This document shows positions 52,201 through 61,200 of a stretch of DNA of 64,000 nucleotides, piece by piece. The number at the start of each line of letters is the position of its first letter. The first letter of the stretch is position 1. Under the pieces are notes generated by a model. It was not told where the DNA came from and made no database searches. It worked only from the letters and a program-made list of their open reading frames with translations. The stretch is from Antedon mediterranea (taxonomy: Eukaryota > Animalia > Echinodermata): positions 186,001-250,000 of the forward strand of contig NC_092680.1 in the NCBI RefSeq assembly GCF_964355755.1, read 5' to 3'. A program made the position numbers and the translations under genes.

Positions 52201-55200
52201 ATTTGATTACTACACATAATATGAGAAATATATTTAATTTTGGTATTCTTTTCATTTATAATGTTTTTAATTTCTGAATTTTCTTTCCACATTTAGCTTT
52301 ATGCTATCCGTTCTTTTAATCATCAAACAGTTTATCTTTCACACACATTTTATTTCCTAAACAGTTCCAGCTCTTTTTTCATTCAGCTCCATTGGCTATC
52401 TTTCTTGCATACATTCATTCTTTTTCTGATTTATATCTGCCACCACTCTTTGTCCTGGTTTCCTTGCTCACATTGTCCATGTTGGCAGTGAGTATGCAGT
52501 GGCTAACTTATCTCATTTTTACAGGCCCAAAGCTCATTCCACATCACACCCTAAGCCCAAGACAATTGCTGATCACCAGTAAGTTTAAAAATGTGTTAGT
52601 TATTTTTGTTTTGTTAAACCAATGAACCTGGTAATGGTATGCAAGGCCACCCTCAACTAGCCTAGTCCCTTTAGTTAGGGTGGTTTGAGTGTCCATGTGT
52701 CTAGTTATATTACAGGGCTTGTTTTAAATGGTCGTTTAAAATGGTTTAGCAAAAACAGAATTAACAAACCATTTATTCATGTTCATTCAAACTCTTTTCA
52801 GTGGTCATCTCACTTTTACTTTGTTATGCACTGGCTTTGTTTCAAAACTTTTGTTAAGTTTCTTTTTATTTGCATGTTGTTTATAATTTGCATGTCACCT
52901 ACTAACAATTAATGTGATATCATGATGATATCACTCACTATTCAATTATATATATGTATTAATGTGATATATAATGATATACCACTATTCAATTACATGT
53001 ATTAATATCATATGTAATGATATACCACTATTCATTACATATATCTATATGTGTTTGATTTATATATAATTATATTGAAGAATAACTGCATCAGTAAGTA
53101 ATTTATTCAATTAACATTCCATCTGAAAATTCGTGTTGTGATTTTTATTTCTAATTGTAAAAATTTAAATTAAAGAATACTTTGTTATCACTCAACTAAA
53201 GTAACAAAGCTCTACTAGTAATACAGAACTAATACAATGCATGCTGTCTATGTAATTTACATTGTTTTGTCATTTATTTGTAAGTATTTAATAATTTAGT
53301 AATGTGTTACAGGAAATTGGGTTGAATTAAGTTTGTTGTCTTATGAGTCAGGTGGCTTACCTGGACACAGTCATCCTCTTAATATTAATTATCAATTTCA
53401 TTAATGCCTTGCTTTATTTCAATACTTTTTGAACAATACATTAAACCATTACTTCAATTCATCTAAACTAAATCTCTAATTCAGTAAGAACACAATAATA
53501 TACAATTATGTCAGTTTCTTTACCTACAAATAGTTGATCTTAATATTACTAAATATTCCTACCTTTAATGTTACACCAGACATATTTTTAGATTCATAAC
53601 AGTAGCTTTTGAATAGTATTTAAAACATGTTTATTTTGTTTTAAATTTATTCTCACTTCACACGGCTTTACCACCTCAGATCACTGAAGTTAAGCAACGT
53701 TGGGCCTGGTTAGAGCTTGGATGGGAGACCATCTGGGGTGTTGTATAAATGGTGGTACTGGGGTCCCATTAGGCATTTTAAACCAGCACTGCTGACTCTT
53801 ATGGCAGCCCCTGCATCTAGTATCTGCCTAAAAAAATAATTAATTGACATGGTTGTTTGTGACAGAGGTCAGAAGTTTCATGACCCGACCAACTTATTTT
53901 GCTTGGATGAAGTTTTAATGGAAGGTTCCCGTCATGTCAGGCAAATTACAAAATTTTCTCTTCAATTATTATTATACATTTATTTTATCAATTTATAGGA
54001 TAAGTAAAATAACATCAGAAGAGGTTCCAATGGAATCAGATGAACTTGAAGGAGATCCGGAGTACAATGAATTCCTCAAATCACGGCGAAGAAAACAAGC
54101 ACGTATGTCATTGACAGAATTTTTAGGTGACCCCCGTAACTTCCAAGATGAAGAAGAACGGACAGATATTATAAAGAGAGACAATCAACCTAAACATCGT
54201 ATGTATCACCTTTTTTACCCATATCGGACAGGCAGCAGTGCATCTTATTTCATTTCACTTACATTTCATTTTATTTCAGTTCATTCAATTTTACTAACAG
54301 ACACAAATTAAAACAAAAAGAAACATTGTTAACTGTATGAACTGAGGATAACCCAAGAAAGTTTAATAACAAACTGGAAACTTTAATGGAAATGTAATTT
54401 TGGATTTTTACAAAAACGTAGAGTAATGTATACGGCCTAAAAGCTACAGTTTTTGTTCAAAGAATTGCATAAACTTGAAAACAATAATCTATGACCCAAA
54501 ATCTCGCCCTCAAGTTTCTTTCTGTAATACAAACCAAAATAAAAGTAACAGTACATCCTATGTTTATTTTTCTTCTTTATTTTAAGGTAATCCAATGAGA
54601 AAGTTCAGTTTTCTGAAACAAAAAACAAAAAAAGAAAAGGTAAGTTTAACTATACAGGTACTGGTGGTTGCACTGTCTGGCTATAAGTTTATTTAAACAT
54701 TTTCTAGATAGGTAAATTCAAACATAAACATGCTCTTCCATATTAATGAAAGCTTCTGAAGGACTTGACATATACATTTCGATCCTTGTTGATTGGTACT
54801 GTTAAACCTCTCTTTTGTGCCTAAAACATCTGTTTATTTTACTTACGTGGTTTTACGTGGTCTGTTGGTTTTACTTACGTGTTGGTTTTACATGGTCTGT
54901 TGGTTTTACTTACGTGTTGGTTTTACGTGGTCTGTTGGTTTTACTTGCAGAAAGAACGTGAAGAAAACCGTGCAAAGCATCAATTTGTAGGAGTTGTATT
55001 CTCCAATAACAAAAAGTGCCATCAATGTGAAAAGTCTGTTACCAACAAAGACGCCTTGCAATGTTCAAGTAAGCATTATAACATTCCTTATTGCAGTAAC
55101 ACCCTGTATTTAGTTGCAGTAACACCCTGTATTTAGTTGCACACTAGATGTATTTATTTGAAGGTTGACGCTGCATGGCTCTCACATCATAAACTAAGTT

Positions 55201-55212
55201 TGCTGTGGTCCC

Positions 55213-55246
<34 letters not shown>

Positions 55247-58200
55247 CAGTCAATCTTTCAACTCATGCAATATTCTCCATCATCCAACCATGGAGAAGGA
55301 ATTAGCCAGAATCCATAAACATTCATTATTTGTATACTTTCCATCCACCTATTTTAATTTTATTTATTATGTAAGCTAGTTACACTGTTTTTATTTTCAT
55401 TGTATACATTTGTTGTTCTTTCTACAGTCTGTCAAGTGATTGTACATAATAGTTCATGTAAAGATAATGTTGTTTCCTGTACAAAGCCTTCCAGGCATCC
55501 AAAACAGGTAATCTATTATTTTATATAAATACCATTAATGTGTTGATATTTTATTAATTGCATTTTGCATTGTTTTTTAATTTAAAAAATGTTTGTTGAT
55601 TAATCAAAGATTGAAAATAATACATTTAGGTTTGTTTTGACAAAGAGATTATTAATAGAATTTAACTATTAATATAGATTTTTAATTACATTTTACTAAA
55701 TGTTGTTTGTAGTTTTTATATAAATTATAATATAATATAATTCACATGAAAGCCCACATCCATATCCTCTTGCCAACCAGCATTCATTATTATCAATACT
55801 CAAAATAAAATAATTGTATTTTCCACTAGATACAAAGTGTTGTAATATTTAGACTCATGGCCCAGTGTTTTACCTATTTAGAATTTAATTCCGCACAAGG
55901 TACAAAATCTTAAATGAAAAAATGTTATCTACTTGGTTATCTGCAATTGATATTGCGGATAATCCTTGATTGATTGCAAGGATTTCTTTTGTTATCTACT
56001 TGGTTATCTGCAATTGATATTGCGGATAATCCTTGATTGATTGCAAGGATTTCTTTTGTTATCTACTTGGTTATCTGCAATTGATATTGCGGATAATCCT
56101 TGATTGATTGCAAGGATTTCTTTTGCTATCTACTTGGTTATCTGCAATTGATATTGCGGATAATCCTTGATTGATTGCAAGGATTTCTTTTGTTATCTAC
56201 TTGGTTATCTGCAATTGATATTGCGGATAATCCTTGATTGATTGCAAGGATTTCTTTTGCTATCTACTTGGTTATCTGCAATTGATATTGCGGATAATCC
56301 TTGATTGATTGCAAGGATTTCTTTTGTTATCTACTTGGTTATCTGCAATTGATATTGCGGATAATCCTTGATTGATTGCAAGGATTTCTTTTGCTATCTA
56401 CTTGGTTATCTGCAATTGATATTGCGGATAATCCTTGATTGATTGCAAGGATTTCTTTTGTTATCTACTTGGTTATCTGCAATTGATATTGCGGATAATC
56501 CTTGATTGATTGCAAGGATTTCTTTTGCTATCTACTTGGTTATCTGCAATTGATATTGCGGATAATCCTTGATTGATTGCAAGGATTTCTTTTGTTATCT
56601 ACTTGGTTATCTGCAATTGATATTGCGGATAATCCTTGATTGATTGCAAGGATTTCTTTTGCTATCTACTTGGTTATCTGCAATTGATATTGCGGATAAT
56701 CCTTGATTGATTGCAAGGATTTCTTTTCCTATTCTTCTTTTTTTCCACGATTTTTGTTGCATCTGTAAATCTTGTGAACATCAAATTGTATAACATTGTC
56801 AGAAGATTGACTCTAAATATAGATGTGCAGGAAACTGAATAAAACTGTAAATCATATCAAGAGTCAACATTGTATAAAGTAAAAATGAAGTGTGGCACAA
56901 GAAATGATGCGTGCATGAACGTTTAAAAGTAGATGGCACACACACACAAGGAACGTAGAATGGCGGTTTTTTTTCCTGTTCTTCACACCTTTCAATTCTA
57001 TTCATTTTCATAAACTTCAAATGCAAAATTAAGACATGCATGTTGAATTTGTGTACAACCTCAGGATGAATGGTGACCCCTAATTTTGTTAACTTATTAT
57101 GGATGATTGAATTCATGTGACATTTTGTCGATCAAATCATAATATTTTTCTGCATTAATTTATAATAAATAATAATCAACACATGCACGGACAACCCAAA
57201 CTTGTCATGATGATTTCTAGATTTTAACCTGTTTAATGAAATATAGCCAGCATGAATTCACAGAGCCTAACTGTCATTCATATGCAAGATTTTACAAAAT
57301 TAAATTCACATGCAACTGCTAGATCCTCAGTTAAAAGATAGATTAATCTTTTTGAGGTAGAGACCGTGAAATTTGAACAAATACAAGTATTAGTAAACCC
57401 AAAATATGCACTTTTACTTGTCTTCTCGTTGGCTCTTTTATCAATATTGCCACAGACATCAATCTCCTACCCTACTATCAACATTGCCTCTGACATCACT
57501 ACACTTTTAGGTAGGTCATTAGTTCTTTTATCAATATTGCCACAGACATCAATCTCCTACCCTACTATCAACATTGCCTCTGACATCACTACACTTTTAG
57601 GTAGGTCATTAGTTCTTTTATCAATATTGCCATACAACAGTCTGCTTACACTCTTTACCGTTTCAACATTGCCTCTGCCATCACTACACTTTTAGTCAGC
57701 TCATTAGCTCTTTTTTCCAGAATATGATCCTGCGATACTTTGGTCACTCGCTCGTCAAACCTACAATTTCAGAGGTGATACATATTTTTCTCAATTTATG
57801 AGCAGCAGCTGTCTAACAAAACTTGAAATTTTTGCTTTAAAGTCACATCGAACAATTTCTTTTGTCATCATTTTTATTTTATTTAAGTTAATTTACGTTA
57901 CAGAAATAGCAACATAAAGTATGTCTGTTGTGATATCTGCCATTTTGTGATCCATGCATAGCCAACTATATACTGTACAGTTGGCTAATAGATGATGACA
58001 AGCTCCAATAAGTTGCACTGCGCTGCATGCAGTCTGAAGCCTATTTCCCACTAAGTGAATTTAAACCAAATCCAATGTTTTTACAAAAAAATCTTGTTAC
58101 CCTTTCTACTACAAGAACAAATAGTTGCTATTTTCATACCTCTATGTATCTGCCCTGTTTTGCATGAGCGCTCAAAAACGTGTCATTTCCTGAGTTATGA

Positions 58201-61200
58201 TTGGTTGCACAATTGTTTTATTTGAACTACTAATTTCACTCAAGTGAAAAACAAAGCATTTTTCTTAGAAAGGGATTTGAAATAGAAAAATAATAAACAC
58301 TTATGTTTCACTTAGTGAAAAGTAGGCAAATTTGTAATGTTTATACTGTATAGCATGGATTACAAAATGTAAAGACTTCAATAGATGTATTATTGCTATG
58401 TTGTATCATTGCACCAGCGAAACTGTTATTTTATTTCTTTTTTTTTAATTACTCTTAATTTGTCGACACTGTAGTACAAGATCTAACAACTATATTGTTT
58501 GTGTACCTTCTTTTTGGTTCTATACCTTATTTTTGCACGCGCATTTAATAATGAATTCATCATTTATCTATATTAGCAAATGCATTATGAGCAGCTTTTT
58601 CTAGCAAAAATAACATCATTTTTTATTTAGAATTTTGATAATATCATTTAACAGTTTATTTCAGTGTCTAAATAAATTATTATTTGTTTAAATTTTAAAT
58701 GTATATAAACTGAAACACCATTATTTTTCAAGAAATATCAGCTGCTCTATGTCATTACTAATTAAATTAACAATAGTATTATTAATACAGTATTTATTAT
58801 TTTGACCATCCTGGTATAAGCACCAACTGCTAAACAATTAAATCAATCATAATTTAATAGTTTATATTGCTAATATATGATGCCCGGGTAAGAAAAAGGC
58901 TTTAAATAGTTTTGTTGTCCATGAGGATGGTATATTGTGATTGTTATTGGAATAAGAGAGTTCTTTTAGATTTGTTGAATCATTAGTTATTTACTCAAAA
59001 GTCACATTTCCATAAGCAAATCATTTTCTAAGCAAATCATTTTCTATTTTTATTTTAAAATAGTTTTTTTAATATATAATATTGATTCAAAAGTCATCAA
59101 GCAAACCTTTTGCTTCATTATAAGCAAATCATTATTTTTTGAAATTTTTTGTAGATTTAATATTTAATTATTCAAAAGTTAAGCAAAAGCAAACTTCTGA
59201 CTTCATTATTCAATTTTCATAAATAAATATTTATGTTTTATTACATATTATTGATATTTATTTAATTTATCAATCAATATTCTTATTTTGTAATAGATTC
59301 AGAGGTCAACGACCAGCTTCAAAGAGCGAACAGTTTCAACAAAACCTTCAGGTATTGTAACTTATAAACCTTGACCAACTATTTGTCTCCCTCTATTGAC
59401 TTAAAAAGTAACAGGAATACTTAGGCTTGTATTACACAGACTTGTGCATGTTATTTTGGTAATTGCAGATTAATTAAATTATAATAATAGGAATACAGTA
59501 AGCGTTACATAATAATTTTAATATTGCAGATCAATTGATTTCGATATTTTTAAAGAGTAACCAAAATTTGCCATAGAATTATGAAGTTTTGTCATGAATT
59601 ATGGAACCATACAAATCCTATAAGTAATATTAAAATACTGAATCTTTTAATTGATTTTCTAAAAATGAATTTAACCAAGATCGTGAAAAGTAATTTTGCA
59701 AACATTGAAATGATTTCTTATAGCCCTTCATCCTAGTCACTCTGTACGTGAAAGACCCAAATCTATGCTGCCTTCTACTTTGGGAATGGTAAGTGACATT
59801 TTAGTATTTTAAGCTGAATTATATTTAAGTCGATATGGTACTTTTAAAATCATCTGTTTAACAAAAAAAATATTTTAAGTATATTTTGTGAGGATGGTCC
59901 ATCCATTAGGGACCATCAAAACAATTCAATTTAAATTTGTTTTACAAATGATATATTTCCTGTCCTGTTTCACAAGAACACTGAACTACTGTATTTATCT
60001 AATCTTTTAGTCACCAATTTTCTATTACCTTATATAATCAAAACCTTATATATACCTTGTATATCTACATTTATATATTAGTCATTTATTAATTTCCACT
60101 TCATAGACAATAAATGGGAAACAAAAATTGAACAAAATCTAAAGTGAATTTCATACACAAATTTAACTGCCACTTTCCACACACTAGAGAAATAATTTAT
60201 TCAAAATATTCCTTACAATGTCCAATTTAAGAAAATAATGTTAAAGGTTAATTAGTAAATGAAAGTTATTACTGAAACTGAAACTTGTAAATTTGCATTT
60301 CCTTGAATAGTTACATGGCAGATAGTGTCCCTGGTTTACAGTATTAGCCAGATAAATTCTTATTATTATTACATTTTGTACCTATTTTATGGATTTTAAT
60401 GAAAATAAAACATCCATTCTTTATGCAATGGGTGTAGTGCAGAGGTCAGGGTTGAAAGGTCATCGGTATTCCCAGGTCAGCATAATTTATTTCTATTAAC
60501 TTATAGAGTAGTCATTTATCTTATGTTGCTACAAGCTACCGAGTTAGTTTCACTGAGCTATGTTTTTTATTTAAGTATCTACTGTATGCTCCCTACTTAA
60601 GTATCTACTGTATGCTCCCTACTTCAAGAATTGGAAATGTACAGTTTGGGAGTGTTTTTAAAACAAGCACTAAAACGGCTAGATTTCAGTTTAAATTTAA
60701 TATAAATAAATATAATGCTTTTCATCAAATATAAAACACAGCCAGAGAGAAACTTCATAGTACTGATATACATAAATATATATAAATATATATACATATA
60801 TCGTTATCGTTTCAAAAATTAATTAATTAATTTTCAGTGTATCACCGGGCGGTTTGGAATTTATTTCTATGCCTGTTGTGTTTATATATATATAAAAGTA
60901 TCTCTCAAGATCCCGCTTAGTGAATAAATATACTGAATTATAGATGAGGGCGTATCAAATTGATCTCTGGTGCGCGTGCGTACAACTGAGGACTAGTTGT
61001 GTTCCAACCGTACCACGCCGAGAATGTTAAAGGGTCGTTATCCGATCGAGTTAAAGAACAATACCATGAAAGCCCCAGTGGTCTAATGGTTAGGGCAACT
61101 GCATATCAAGCAGACGGTCCGAGTTCGAGTCTCGGTTGGGGCGACTTTTTCTCATTCTCCCAGATTTCCTCATCTTTATCGTTTCAAAAATTAATTAAAT

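Noticed and set aside
52392-52625. Hydrophobic ORF with a GTGAGT donor at 52488
   Set aside because: Non-ATG start, pyrimidine-rich intronic composition, and the donor is only 37 nt from the next acceptor; no coherent splice path found.
53660-53737. Functional 5S rRNA gene
   Set aside because: Internal deletion, substitutions, missing 3' stem and no T-run terminator; solitary.
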